From positions 7,506 to 71,505 of the forward strand of contig JAFMCP010000002.1 of assembly GCA_017857705.1 (NCBI GenBank): a stretch of 64,000 bases of DNA, in the 5' to 3' direction. Below are positions 28,141 through 38,173 of this stretch, piece after piece. The notes beneath the pieces were generated by a model. That model did not search any database. It was not told where the DNA came from and worked only from the letters and a program-made list of their open reading frames with translations. Made by a program: the position numbers and the translations under genes. Origin of the DNA: Candidatus Nanopelagicales bacterium. Lineage in GTDB: Bacteria; Actinomycetota; Actinomycetes; S36-B12. The stretch's first letter is position 1. Every line of letters begins with the position of its first letter.

Positions 28141-29337
28141 CTAAAACCAAGAATTTACTTCAGGATCCAGCCCAAAAAACGGGAAAACTGCCGATCGAGT
28201 CGCCATGATGGAAGCATCGACCGGATCCCGATTGTTGAATCCTTGATCAATAGGTTTAGGCCACGGCTTCATCCCGTCGGAGAGACTACTCGTGCTCGCG
28301 CCACCGAGTGAGCGCTCTACATATTCGAGATAATCACGAGGAACCGCAACATCTTTTGCTGACTTGCTCCCGGTGACCACTGCGAGCAAATTCGCCCAAC
28401 TGCGGGGAACGGCGTCAGCAACGTCATAGCCTCCACCTCCCACCGCCACCAGTTTCCCCCCGTGCCCATGAGCAAGCTGATGTATCAATTCGTACGCATA
28501 ACGCTGACCGTCAACACTGAGCGCCAAATGGGTCAAAGGGTCGTGAATATGTGAATCTGCACCATTTTGACTGACAATGATTTCGGGGGAAAACACATCG
28601 ATGATCTGCGGAACCGTCGAGACGAATGCCCGGAGCCACCCTTGATCTCCGGTGCCCGCTGGTAGCGCGACATTGACACAACTGCCGGGAGCATTGGTCC
28701 CGCCCGTTTCATGTGGCCAGCCAGTTCTTGGAAACAACGTGGCCGGGCTTTCATGTATCGAGATGGTCAGCACCCGTGGATCATCGTAAAAAATATTTGC
28801 GACTCCATCGCCGTGATGGGCATCAATGTCTATATATGCGATTCGCTGCGCTCCTTGTTCGAGTAAGTCGTAAATCGCGACAGCTATATCGTTGTAGATG
28901 CAAAACCCCGACGCACTCGCCCGTTGCGCATGATGCAGTCCCCCCGCCAAGTTCACCGCATGTTTGGCTTCCCCGTTCCAAACAGCGTTTGCCGCCATCA
29001 GTGTGGCCCCGGAAACACGAGCCGAAGCCTCATGCATTCCAGCAAAGACCGGGTTGTCACTGGTACCCAGACCAAATCCCAACTCAGCCCGCGGCGGATT
29101 CGCCCCTGCCGCGATTACGGCCGCAATGTAATCAGCACTATGAGCCCGCAAGAGTTGCTCGTTCGTGGCGGGAATGACCGGTCCAAAAAGATTCTCCCCC
29201 GAAATAATTCCAAGATCTTGGGCCAATCGCATGGCTAACTCAACGCGGATTGGGGCAAGTGGGTGATCCGGTCCAAAGTTGTAGCGCACGAGCTCTTCAT
29301 CCCAGGGGATGTAAATGCCAGACTTCACAAAAACCAA
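28141..29337 (-). CDS. acuC: Histone-deacetylase-family protein (AcuC-like acetoin utilisation / lysine deacetylase)
   Basis: 398 aa. IDIDAHHGDGV and GGGGY motifs of Zn-dependent HDAC-class enzymes. Starts 2 nt after the proC stop. Confidence 0.85.
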   Translation of the reverse strand: MVFVKSGIYIPWDEELVRYNFGPDHPLAPIRVELAMRLAQDLGIISGENLFGPVIPATNEQLLRAHSADYIAAVIAAGANPPRAELGFGLGTSDNPVFAGMHEASARVSGATLMAANAVWNGEAKHAVNLAGGLHHAQRASASGFCIYNDIAVAIYDLLEQGAQRIAYIDIDAHHGDGVANIFYDDPRVLTISIHESPATLFPRTGWPHETGGTNAPGSCVNVALPAGTGDQGWLRAFVSTVPQIIDVFSPEIIVSQNGADSHIHDPLTHLALSVDGQRYAYELIHQLAHGHGGKLVAVGGGGYDVADAVPRSWANLLAVVTGSKSAKDVAVPRDYLEYVERSLGGASTSSLSDGMKPWPKPIDQGFNNRDPVDASIMATRSAVFPFFGLDPEVNSWF

Positions 29338-29339
29338 GT

Positions 29340-30131
29340 TCAGCTCTTGCCGAGTTCAATTGAACGAGCGACGCCAGCCTCTAGCGCCGCGCCAATGGCT
29401 TCACCGACACGCTGTGAGTCAAGTACCTCCATGGCGGCCTGGGTAGTTCCCCCTGGTGATGTCACCTGTGTCCGCAGGCGTGCAGCGGTCAACTCTGATT
29501 GAGCAAATAGCTGTGCTGAACCATGGAGTGTCGCCCGAACTAATTGGTCGGCCAGATCCGCACTCAGGCCCAATTGTTGTGCACCCGCCTGCAAATACTC
29601 TGCGAGGAAAAACAAGTAAGCGGGTCCACTTCCCGAGACTGCACCGACGGCGGCTTGTTGGGATTCAGGAACAACAAAAACCTCACCGACCGCACTCAAT
29701 AACTCATGCGCCACCATCACTGAACTTTCCGAACAACTCTCACCGGCACTGATGCAGGTCACACCCATGTGAATTTGCGACGGAGTGTTCGGCATTGCTT
29801 TCACAATTTCAGCCGTTTGAGGGAAGCATTTCCCAATGAACTCCGTAGTGATACCCACCGCAACAGAAATCACAATTGCATGCTGGGCAATGTAGGGCTG
29901 AAACTCGTGCAGTATCTCCTTGATTAACTGAGGTTTAATCGCAATCACTACGACATCACACTCCAAGAGGGCGCTTCGGTCATCGGTGACGTCAATACCG
30001 AGTGATTTTTCAAGGTACTGGTACTTCTCAACATCGCGCACAACGGCAACGATGCCTGCTCCTGAGTCTGTCCACCCAGAAATGAGCGCCCGGCCCATGG
30101 AACCCGATCCAATTACGCCAATTTTTTTCAT
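29340..30131 (-). CDS. proC: Pyrroline-5-carboxylate reductase
   Basis: 263 aa. N-terminal GVIGSGSMG Rossmann motif and C-terminal VTSPGGTT signature. Confidence 0.95.
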   Translation of the reverse strand: MKKIGVIGSGSMGRALISGWTDSGAGIVAVVRDVEKYQYLEKSLGIDVTDDRSALLECDVVVIAIKPQLIKEILHEFQPYIAQHAIVISVAVGITTEFIGKCFPQTAEIVKAMPNTPSQIHMGVTCISAGESCSESSVMVAHELLSAVGEVFVVPESQQAAVGAVSGSGPAYLFFLAEYLQAGAQQLGLSADLADQLVRATLHGSAQLFAQSELTAARLRTQVTSPGGTTQAAMEVLDSQRVGEAIGAALEAGVARSIELGKS

Positions 30132-30736
30132 TTCTCACCACCGGGTAGTGGTTTTGTTGGATCCAGTAGATCTTGAACTAACGGAGACACCAATGCAACC
30201 ACCTGTTCTTGGGACAAACTTGATAGCGGCTCGATTTTTAAGAAATAGCGGTAGGCGATCACGCCAGTTAAATAGGAACTTATTAACGCTCCCCTAATTC
30301 GCGCATCAGGGATTCCCATCACAATTAGTGCGCGATCAACTACCGCGCTTTGAAAGTAGTCCGAAAGTGGTTTTATCACGGCAAACATGTCAATGCCCGA
30401 GTTCAGTGAACGACCGGCATTTGCCGCCTTAACCAGGTCCTCGCGAACCTGCTGATCAGCCGCTAGTTGCAATGTTGCCCGCACTAGTCGTTCGCCCATC
30501 CCTTGGATTCCAGGTGCGACAAGTGCAGGAATCGCCTTTTGCGGATCGCTCGGGAAAGACATGGCAGCGGCGAACAGCGCCTCTTTATTCGAATAAAGGT
30601 TTGAAACCACTGTTGGAGCGACGCCTGCTGCCGCAGCAATTGATTTGATAGTCGTACGGGCGTAACCCGAATTGAGGAACATGGAACGTGCAACGCCCAC
30701 TATTCCACCGACTTCTTCTTCCGGTTCTGGGGCCAT
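30128..30736 (-). CDS. TetR family transcriptional regulator
   Basis: 202 aa. N-terminal HTH FLNSGYARTTIKSIAAAAGVAPTVV. ATGA overlap with proC. Confidence 0.8.
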   Translation of the reverse strand: MAPEPEEEVGGIVGVARSMFLNSGYARTTIKSIAAAAGVAPTVVSNLYSNKEALFAAAMSFPSDPQKAIPALVAPGIQGMGERLVRATLQLAADQQVREDLVKAANAGRSLNSGIDMFAVIKPLSDYFQSAVVDRALIVMGIPDARIRGALISSYLTGVIAYRYFLKIEPLSSLSQEQVVALVSPLVQDLLDPTKPLPGGEK

Positions 30737-30739
30737 TTC

Positions 30740-31522
30740 CTACTCCTCGCTCCTCGGGAACACCTCGCGCACGAAATCAATACTGGCCTTGATGTCAGCG
30801 ATCCGTTCAATGCGATCGACTGCTGAGCGTGTCGAGATTTCCGAAATAATATTTCCGTCGAAGCCATTTAGTTTGAGAAATTCCAATGCCTCTCGGACAG
30901 GTTGCGTGCCTCTGCCAGGCACCAAATGCTCGTCGGCAGCGGAATCGGTTCCATCAGCTAGGTGGATATGACGGAGCCGATCGCCAAATTCCTGCATCAT
31001 TTCAATGGGGTCGGTTCGCGAAACTGATGTGTGGGAAAAATCCAGAGTGACATTTTCGTAGTCTTGTTTTCTAATGTCCCAGTCGGGAGCGTAAGCGGGA
31101 AATGATCCAGGACCGGCCCGCCATGGATACATATTTTCCACCGTAAAACCGACGGGGGAATTTCTGTTCAGTTCTGCAATCCCTGTTTCAAAATTTTTGG
31201 AATACTCTCTCTGCCAACGAAATGGTGGATGCACAACAACGCTCGCAGCGCCGACAAGTTCGGCAACATCTCGTGCCCTGTCAAGTTTGCCCCAAGGGTC
31301 GGTGCCCCAAACACGCTGAGTGATCAAGAGGCATGGTGCATGCAAGGAAATTATCGGAAGCTGGTAGTGCTGGACCAGATTTCTCAGCGCGGTCGAGTCC
31401 TGACTCATGGAATCCATTCCGACCATTATTTCGACGCCGTCGTAGCCGGTGAGCGCGGCAAGCTCGAATGCGGCCGCGGTTGACTCGGGGTAAACCGAAG
31501 AAGTCGACAGTCCGATTTTCAC
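30740..31522 (-). CDS. Sugar phosphate isomerase/epimerase (xylose-isomerase-like TIM barrel)
   Basis: Begins VKIGLSTSSVYP (GTG 31522, GTGA overlap with the ATPase stop). The ORF track gives 31537. Confidence 0.75.
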   Translation of the reverse strand: MKIGLSTSSVYPESTAAAFELAALTGYDGVEIMVGMDSMSQDSTALRNLVQHYQLPIISLHAPCLLITQRVWGTDPWGKLDRARDVAELVGAASVVVHPPFRWQREYSKNFETGIAELNRNSPVGFTVENMYPWRAGPGSFPAYAPDWDIRKQDYENVTLDFSHTSVSRTDPIEMMQEFGDRLRHIHLADGTDSAADEHLVPGRGTQPVREALEFLKLNGFDGNIISEISTRSAVDRIERIADIKASIDFVREVFPRSEE

Positions 31523-33864
31523 GGTCCACGCCTCCAATGATCAGTGATTTTCGTAGCGATTCCAACTGCCGCTGCCCCAATCAGGCCGACAACAATCGAA
31601 ATAATGCTGTAACGCTCCGGTCCCAATGACAACAAAAAAAAGTTTGATAGGAACGGAATGTAAAGCACTGAGACAAAAGCTGCGACCATTAGGGCCACTA
31701 ACAATGCCCTGACTATATTGAATGGTCTCGCTGACTGGGCTAGTACGGCAATAGTCACAATGAAAAGAGTGATGGTCGCAGCTGACTGCGCATTGAATAT
31801 TGGTTCATCAAAATATAGGGCTACTCCGTAACTGGTGAACGAAGAAATTGCAGCGATCACACCTGCAGGAACAGCGAAAAGTAGTACCCGACGGAAGAAC
31901 CCTGGTCGGAACCTCTCCGTGTTGGGCATTAACGCGAGAAAAAAGCCGGGAATACCAATTGTTAAGGCGCTCACCAATGTTAAATGTCTCGGCAGAAACG
32001 GGAACGCTACAGCGAATATAACCGTTGCGCTGCTCACAATCATTGCGTAAAAACTTTTGGTGAGAAAGACATCTGCGACACGTTCGATATTTCCCAAGAC
32101 TTTTCGTCCTTGGGCAACCACACTTGGCATCACAGACCACTGGTCATCAAGCAAAACCAACTGCGCAACCGCACGCGTTGCTCCTGACCCAGAGCCCATA
32201 GCGATTCCAAGATCCGCATTTTTGAGCGCCAATACGTCGTTGACTCCATCACCTGTCATAGCAACCGTTTTTCCCTGCAGATGCAATGCGTCGACCATCG
32301 CTTGTTTTTGCCCTGGAGTTACGCGGCCAAAAACATTTGTTGTCGCAAGTACTTCAGCGATTTCGTCAGTATTGTCAGGAAGGTTGCGAGCATCGTAAGG
32401 GTGATCAGCACCAGGTACACCCGCTTGGCTGGCAATGGCCCCGACCGTCTCAGCATTGTCACCCGATATCACCTTTACATTTACGCTTTGACTGAGAAAA
32501 TATGCGACCGTCTCAGCTGCGTCACTTCGGAGCGTCTGACTGATAACGACTAATGCCACACAATCAACGATTCCCAGGTTTTCATCAGCTGAAACACTCT
32601 CTCCAGTCCGGGCCAAAACCAGAACCCGAGCACCCGACGCTGCACTTCTATTTGCAATAGCAAGCATTTCCCTATTGTTTGGATCCACCATTTCGGGAGC
32701 ACCGAGTACCCAGGTGCCGTGACCAACAAAAGTCGCACTTGACCACTTGCGTGAACTGGAAAAGGGAACCGATTCAGCAATTTGCCAATTGGGATTTTGG
32801 AAATTGGATTCAATAGCACTCAGTGTGGGATTTGCATTTTGCTGCGAGCCTGCTAGCGCACCAAGGGCCGCCTCAATATCAACTAACTCCGCATTACCCA
32901 GTGGAATGGTTTCCTGCACCCGCATGCCCGGTTCTGTGAGAGTTCCCGTCTTGTCTGCGCATACGGTGTCAACACGTGCCAGAACTTCAACAGCTGGTAG
33001 ATCTTGTACCAACACTCGCTTTCGGGCTAAGTCAATTACGGCAACAGCCATGGCGATAGACGTTAAAAGCACGAGTCCCTCAGGCACCATCGTGACCACT
33101 CCAGCGATCGTTCCCCTGATTGATTCATCAAGTGGCAATTTAGCTCGAAATAATTGGGACAAAAGGAGCGCGATACCCACGGGGAGTATGAAGTAAGACA
33201 CGTATCTAATGAACTTGTTGATTGCGTCGCGAAGTTCCGAATTTGTGATTTGAAACTGCTTAGCTGCCTCTGTTAGGCCGGCCGCAAACGAGTCACGCCC
33301 AACTTTTGTTGCTCGCATGTAACCACTGCCAGCCACCACGAACGAACCGCTCATGGCCGAGTCCCCAACATGCTTGTCAACCGGATCGGCCTCGCCTGTT
33401 AAAAGGCTCTCATCAATTTCCAAGCCTTGTGATTGTTCTATTTCACCGTCGACGACTAGCTGATCACCTGTTCGCAGCACGATGAGATCGCCTAGAACTA
33501 TTTGCGTTGAGCTGATTTCTTGATCTGAGCCGTCACGACGCACAACAGGTTTCGCTTCACCGATCACTGCAAGTTTTTCAAGCGTCCGTGAAGCTCGATA
33601 CTCCTGAATGGTGCCAATTAGCGTGTTTGCCACAATTACTAAACCAAAAAGGGAATCCTGCCAAGGCGCGACAATCAACATAACAATCCACATTGACCCA
33701 ATAAGGAAGTTGAACCAAGTCAAAGTATTTTCTTTGATAATGCTGGTGAGGCTCCGTGAGTTCGCGTCCGGCGCGTCATTTGTTTCACCCGCGGCAATTC
33801 GCCGATTAACTTCGACTTGAGTCAGTCCCATGAAGTGCGCACTGTCCGGGTGCCCAAGACTCAT
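31519..33864 (-). CDS. Cation-translocating P-type ATPase
   Basis: Carries DKTGTLTE (phosphorylation site), TGES-type actuator region and GDGVNDVLALK, with about 10 TM segments. I chose the start at MSLGHPDS; ion specificity is not callable by eye. Confidence 0.9.
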   Translation of the reverse strand: MSLGHPDSAHFMGLTQVEVNRRIAAGETNDAPDANSRSLTSIIKENTLTWFNFLIGSMWIVMLIVAPWQDSLFGLVIVANTLIGTIQEYRASRTLEKLAVIGEAKPVVRRDGSDQEISSTQIVLGDLIVLRTGDQLVVDGEIEQSQGLEIDESLLTGEADPVDKHVGDSAMSGSFVVAGSGYMRATKVGRDSFAAGLTEAAKQFQITNSELRDAINKFIRYVSYFILPVGIALLLSQLFRAKLPLDESIRGTIAGVVTMVPEGLVLLTSIAMAVAVIDLARKRVLVQDLPAVEVLARVDTVCADKTGTLTEPGMRVQETIPLGNAELVDIEAALGALAGSQQNANPTLSAIESNFQNPNWQIAESVPFSSSRKWSSATFVGHGTWVLGAPEMVDPNNREMLAIANRSAASGARVLVLARTGESVSADENLGIVDCVALVVISQTLRSDAAETVAYFLSQSVNVKVISGDNAETVGAIASQAGVPGADHPYDARNLPDNTDEIAEVLATTNVFGRVTPGQKQAMVDALHLQGKTVAMTGDGVNDVLALKNADLGIAMGSGSGATRAVAQLVLLDDQWSVMPSVVAQGRKVLGNIERVADVFLTKSFYAMIVSSATVIFAVAFPFLPRHLTLVSALTIGIPGFFLALMPNTERFRPGFFRRVLLFAVPAGVIAAISSFTSYGVALYFDEPIFNAQSAATITLFIVTIAVLAQSARPFNIVRALLVALMVAAFVSVLYIPFLSNFFLLSLGPERYSIISIVVGLIGAAAVGIATKITDHWRRGP

Positions 33865-33951
33865 GGCTCCACGGTACCCGAACGGGAGGGGCCGCACTTG
33901 CTCAAAGGTGCCAGTGGCTCAACCAATGCATAACTCACCTAGGCTTGCGTA

Positions 33952-34743
33952 ATGCCTGAAGTTCCCCTTGATTTCCCTAGAGCCTGGGTCGAGTTTGTTG
34001 ACCCTGCCGACGACGACCAGTTGATCAGATGCGATCTGACCTGGCTCATGTCCAAGTACAACTGCATATTCGGGAGGGGTTGTAAAGGGATAGACGCGGA
34101 ACGTCCCGATGCTGGGTGCTGCGCTCACGGCGCTCATTTCTCGGAAAAGAAAGATGAGAAACGCGTGGGCAAATGGGTTAAGAAATTGACCCCGGAATTG
34201 TGGGAGAATTTCGACACTGGCCGTGGCAAGAAGGGATGGACCGAAAAAGAAGATGGCGCCGATAAAACTCGAGTAGTTAACGGCGCCTGCATTTTTCACA
34301 ATTCCGAGGATTTCGCGGGTGGATACGGTTGCGCGCTGCATCACTTAGCCGAGCAAGAAGGTGTCTCATTTATTGAAACTAAGCCCGACGTTTGCTGGCA
34401 ACTTCCCTTGCGTCGCTCCTACGACAACGTGACCTACGAGGATGGCCGCGAGCGCATGGTCGTCGTTTTGGGTGAATATGACCGGAGAGGTTGGGGAGCT
34501 GGTGGCTCAGATTTTGAGTGGTACTGCACGGGAAACACGGAGGCACACACTGCCAGTGAACCCGTCTATATCAACTCAAAGGACGAAATAGTGGCCCTGA
34601 TCGGTGCGGCAGCATATGAGGAACTGGCCCGGTTGTGCCGTGATCGAGACGAAATCCTCACAACTTTTAATCAAAGGGGTAAGAAGTCAGACGCAACTGC
34701 CAGAATTGGGCTTTCCATTCACCCCGCTGACCCGCTGGACTAA
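33952..34743 (+). CDS. Conserved hypothetical Cys-rich protein
   Basis: 263 aa with clean coding character. Cysteines lie in CDLTWLMSKYNCIFGRGCKG...GCCAHGAHF, plus several more. I recognise no family. Confidence 0.6.
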   Translation: MPEVPLDFPRAWVEFVDPADDDQLIRCDLTWLMSKYNCIFGRGCKGIDAERPDAGCCAHGAHFSEKKDEKRVGKWVKKLTPELWENFDTGRGKKGWTEKEDGADKTRVVNGACIFHNSEDFAGGYGCALHHLAEQEGVSFIETKPDVCWQLPLRRSYDNVTYEDGRERMVVVLGEYDRRGWGAGGSDFEWYCTGNTEAHTASEPVYINSKDEIVALIGAAAYEELARLCRDRDEILTTFNQRGKKSDATARIGLSIHPADPLD

Positions 34744-34758
34744 CGCTCAGGAATTGAC

Positions 34759-36150
34759 ATGGCAAAAAGCACCACAAAAACACCTCAGTACCGCTGCACC
34801 GAGTGCGGCTGGGTCACCGGAAAATGGGCTGGTCGCTGCGGCGAATGTCAATCCTGGGGTAGCGTTGAAGAAGTCGGGGTAGTCACCGCGACCACCAAAG
34901 CTAGGGCAACCACATCACCTGCCCTTGCGATCAGCTCCATTGACATTAGTTCTGCTCAATCCCAAAGTACCGGAATCAGTGAATTCGATCGCGCGCTCGG
35001 CGGAGGCTTCGTTCCAGGTGCAGTACTGCTGCTCGCAGGTGAGCCAGGAGTGGGCAAATCAACACTTCTCCTTGCTGTTGCCGCCCAATGGGCGCGACTC
35101 GGTCACAAAGTCCTTTACCTGACGGGCGAAGAGTCAGCGGCTCAAGTTCGGTTGCGAGCAGAGCGAATTGGAGCCTTGAGTGACTCACTTTTTCTGGCGG
35201 CTGAAACAGATCTTGGGGTCGCTTTGGGTCATATTGAACAGACCAATCCTTCACTTCTCATCGTTGACTCCGTCCAAACGATCTCAAGTGCCGACATTGA
35301 CGGTGTCGGTGGCGGGGTTACTCAGGTCAAGGAAGTTGCGGCATCACTCATTAGGGCCGCGAAATCAAGGAATATGACAACGGTGCTGGTGGGCCATGTG
35401 ACTAAGGACGGAAGCGTTGCCGGACCTCGGGCTCTCGAGCACTTAGTTGACGTGGTGCTCCAGTTTGAAGGTGACCGGCATGGACCGCTTCGGCTGGTTC
35501 GTGCCGTCAAAAACCGATACGGCCCAGCAGACGAGATTGGCTGCTTTGAATTAACGGAGGACGGAATTCAGGGGCTCCCCGACCCGAGTGGTTTATTCCT
35601 CAGCGATCGAAGTCACCCTGTCCCGGGAACCTGCGTCACCATTACCGTCGAAGGAAAACGACCACTGGTCGCTGAAGTGCAAGCACTGATTGCCCCATCC
35701 GGTTCACCTCAACCCCGTAGAGTCACCAGCGGGCTGGACTCCTCCCGCACCGCCATGATGCTCGGGATCTTGGAACGTCGAGCCGGACTCAAACTTTCCA
35801 CAGCGGATTGCTTTGTTGCTACGGTCGGTGGCATGCGACTGCTCGAACCTGCAACTGATCTTGCAACCGCACTCGCAATCATCAGCAGTGTCAAGGATAT
35901 CTCCCTTCCCAGTGGTCTCGTTGCAATCGGCGAACTGGGACTTGCTGGAGATATTCGTCGAGTCGCGGGCCTTGAGCGCCGATTGGGAGAGGCGGCCCGC
36001 CTTGGCTTCACAGATGCAATCATTCCAGCGGGCTCAAGTGTGAAAACCCAAGGAATAACAGCACACCCTGTCTCAAATATTGGGCAGGCTGTACTTGTGA
36101 TGGCAAAGCTAACGGCCAATTCGCAGCCAGAAGGTGTTCCAGATTTCTAG
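34759..36150 (+). CDS. radA: DNA repair protein RadA
   Basis: 463 aa. Zn-finger YRCTECGWVTGKWAGRCGECQSWGS, Walker A GEPGVGKST, KNRYGP motif and a Lon-like C-terminus. Confidence 0.95.
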   Translation: MAKSTTKTPQYRCTECGWVTGKWAGRCGECQSWGSVEEVGVVTATTKARATTSPALAISSIDISSAQSQSTGISEFDRALGGGFVPGAVLLLAGEPGVGKSTLLLAVAAQWARLGHKVLYLTGEESAAQVRLRAERIGALSDSLFLAAETDLGVALGHIEQTNPSLLIVDSVQTISSADIDGVGGGVTQVKEVAASLIRAAKSRNMTTVLVGHVTKDGSVAGPRALEHLVDVVLQFEGDRHGPLRLVRAVKNRYGPADEIGCFELTEDGIQGLPDPSGLFLSDRSHPVPGTCVTITVEGKRPLVAEVQALIAPSGSPQPRRVTSGLDSSRTAMMLGILERRAGLKLSTADCFVATVGGMRLLEPATDLATALAIISSVKDISLPSGLVAIGELGLAGDIRRVAGLERRLGEAARLGFTDAIIPAGSSVKTQGITAHPVSNIGQAVLVMAKLTANSQPEGVPDF

Positions 36151-36764
36151 TTTTTCTTCGTCAGTGCAAATGGCGTTGCATCACTTGTAACATCAAGGTT
36201 GCGCCCAATTACCTCATAGCGGCCAACCTTGGCCGCCGTGTTTATGTCTGGACAACCCTTTTCGCTCAGTTGACCATTCCACGTGATCGTTGACGCCACC
36301 TTGTCACCGGGCTCCAAGGTCACAATCTTTGTTTTATTATTTGAAGAACAGTCATCGCTTGACCACACGTGATACCCGCCTGATTTAACTTCAAGTTCAT
36401 TTGCCTTAGGTCCAACATCGCGAAGGCATGCGACGCTGCCAATATTTTCAATGGACAGAGAAAGTACCGGTTCTTTGCCCACCTTGTATGTGGACGAATC
36501 CGTTGTTGCCTCAACAAAGATTGCTGAATCCATGCAGTCAATCGGATCTGTCGTGACCGGAGTAAGTGAGGCCACCTCTGGATCAACAACTCCTGATTCT
36601 GAGACGGAAACCGCAGGTTGGGTTGCGGGAGTTTCAGTGCTCGATGAGCCAAAGACGGCCCGAAAAGCCCACACAAGGCCAAAAAGAATAAGTAGGGCCA
36701 CGACGAGTAGTGCTGCCCGACGAACCCAATAAATACTGGGTGATTCCGGACCGACCGGCTGCAT
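36147..36764 (-). CDS. Membrane-anchored secreted-domain protein (DUF4232-like)
   Basis: I chose the start at MQPVGPESPSIYWVRRAALLVVALLILFG (TM anchor). This is followed by a Ser/Thr/Pro linker and a Cys-containing beta-rich domain. Its stop shares a CTAG with the radA stop. Confidence 0.6.
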   Translation of the reverse strand: MQPVGPESPSIYWVRRAALLVVALLILFGLVWAFRAVFGSSSTETPATQPAVSVSESGVVDPEVASLTPVTTDPIDCMDSAIFVEATTDSSTYKVGKEPVLSLSIENIGSVACLRDVGPKANELEVKSGGYHVWSSDDCSSNNKTKIVTLEPGDKVASTITWNGQLSEKGCPDINTAAKVGRYEVIGRNLDVTSDATPFALTKKN

Positions 36765-36816
36765 GTTCACTACTCCACAGTAATGCGACCCAAGTGACAC
36801 ATGAAACGATCCCCGG

Positions 36817-37689
36817 GTGAGTCCCCCAAATCCCAATCCACAGACGATTTCCGACTGGTTCGCTACCGAAGCGAGAGTCCTCCCTTGGCGAAATACCAGC
36901 CCATGGGGCGTAATGGTCAGCGAATTCATGTTGCAGCAAACACCAGTGATACGTGTTCAACCTAAATGGGAGCAATGGCTAAAGCGTTGGCCGACGCCGA
37001 AGGACCTTGCCGAAAGTCCAGTTGCTGAGGCAATCCGCCACTGGGAAAATTTGGGGTACCCGCGCCGAGCTAAGCGTTTACACGAGAGTTCAGTGATCCT
37101 CACACAAAAATTTAATGGCGAAGTTCCACAAACATTTGAAGAACTGATTTCATTGCCCGGAGTCGGCGAATACACCGCTAGCGCAATTCTTGCATTTGCA
37201 TTTGGGCAACGCTCGCTCGTCCTCGATGTCAATATCCGCAGACTTTTGGCACGTGCTTGGCTCGGTCAATCTCATCAAGCACCAACTATTTCAGCGATTG
37301 AACGTGCCCTCGCCAAAGGACTCCTCCCGATCGGTGAGCAGCAAGCCGCGATTTGGTCGGCGGCAGCCATGGAGTTGGGGGCGATCATCTGTACCGCACG
37401 CGATCCTTCATGTAGCACCTGCCCAATAGTCAATGATTGCAATTGGTTTTCCCAAGGCAAACCAAATTCCGATATTCCAAAAAAGATCCAAGGTCGATAC
37501 GAAGGAAGTATGCGCCAAGAGCGTGGAAGAATTTTGAAAATTCTGCGCGAGCACCAGAACTCAACGAGTCGGGGACAACTCGTAAAGCAATCGCCCGACC
37601 AACAGAAGTTTGAGACGGCGCTGGCTCAATTACTGAACGAAGGCATGATCGAAAAAACCAGAGGGGGATACTCGCTACCGCGTTCGTAA
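36817..37689 (+). CDS. mutY: A/G-specific adenine DNA glycosylase
   Basis: 290 aa. Motifs FMLQQT, LGYPRRA, HhH LPGVGEYTA, and the 4Fe-4S loop CTARDPSCSTCPIVNDC. Confidence 0.85.
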   Translation: MSPPNPNPQTISDWFATEARVLPWRNTSPWGVMVSEFMLQQTPVIRVQPKWEQWLKRWPTPKDLAESPVAEAIRHWENLGYPRRAKRLHESSVILTQKFNGEVPQTFEELISLPGVGEYTASAILAFAFGQRSLVLDVNIRRLLARAWLGQSHQAPTISAIERALAKGLLPIGEQQAAIWSAAAMELGAIICTARDPSCSTCPIVNDCNWFSQGKPNSDIPKKIQGRYEGSMRQERGRILKILREHQNSTSRGQLVKQSPDQQKFETALAQLLNEGMIEKTRGGYSLPRS

Positions 37690-38136
37690 AATTTGCTGCC
37701 GATCACTTAATCGAACTATGTCGCGACCACCGATGGGATCGCCCAAGAGCACGTCAATCCAAATTGCTCCTGGGTTAGCGTTTTCCTGACAACTGCTACT
37801 TCGCGGCCCGCTGAGCGTCACGGCTACCCCGATTTCACTTGGTGACTCTTCAACGGTGACATCAAGGCTTTGATCCGAACAGATTCCAGATTGGGGTGGC
37901 GTGATGCTGACTTGGATCACATCTGAGTCAACTGTTGGGCGATATCCCGTCGGCTGTAAATCTTCACTGACTTGGCCAAGGGAGGAAAATGGTCCACCTC
38001 CAGCGGCAAAACCCCAAACAACGAGGAGCAGACCGACACTAACTACAGCAGCAATGAGAAAGCCGGCCCAGCGCGGAAAGCCACGCTTAGGCCGGTCAAA
38101 CTCGTTGAAACCTGGGATCAGCGGTCCCCCGCTCAT
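37675..38136 (-). CDS. Hypothetical membrane-anchored protein
   Basis: 153 aa. One TM segment (AGFLIAAVVSVGLLLVVWGF) followed by an extracytoplasmic domain. No recognisable family. Confidence 0.5.
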   Translation of the reverse strand: MSGGPLIPGFNEFDRPKRGFPRWAGFLIAAVVSVGLLLVVWGFAAGGGPFSSLGQVSEDLQPTGYRPTVDSDVIQVSITPPQSGICSDQSLDVTVEESPSEIGVAVTLSGPRSSSCQENANPGAIWIDVLLGDPIGGRDIVRLSDRQQILRTR

Positions 38137-38173
38137 TCACAGCCTCCACACTTCATGTTGGAGGGTAACCCAG

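Noticed and set aside
33919-34344. 141-aa minus-strand ORF.
   Set aside because: It is fully antisense to the better-formed 263-aa Cys-rich ORF on the plus strand, and its start would leave no room for a promoter after the ATPase gene.
34759-36150. radA is not followed by disA, as it is in many Actinobacteria.
   Set aside because: Absence from one window is not evidence of absence from the genome. I did not develop this into a finding.
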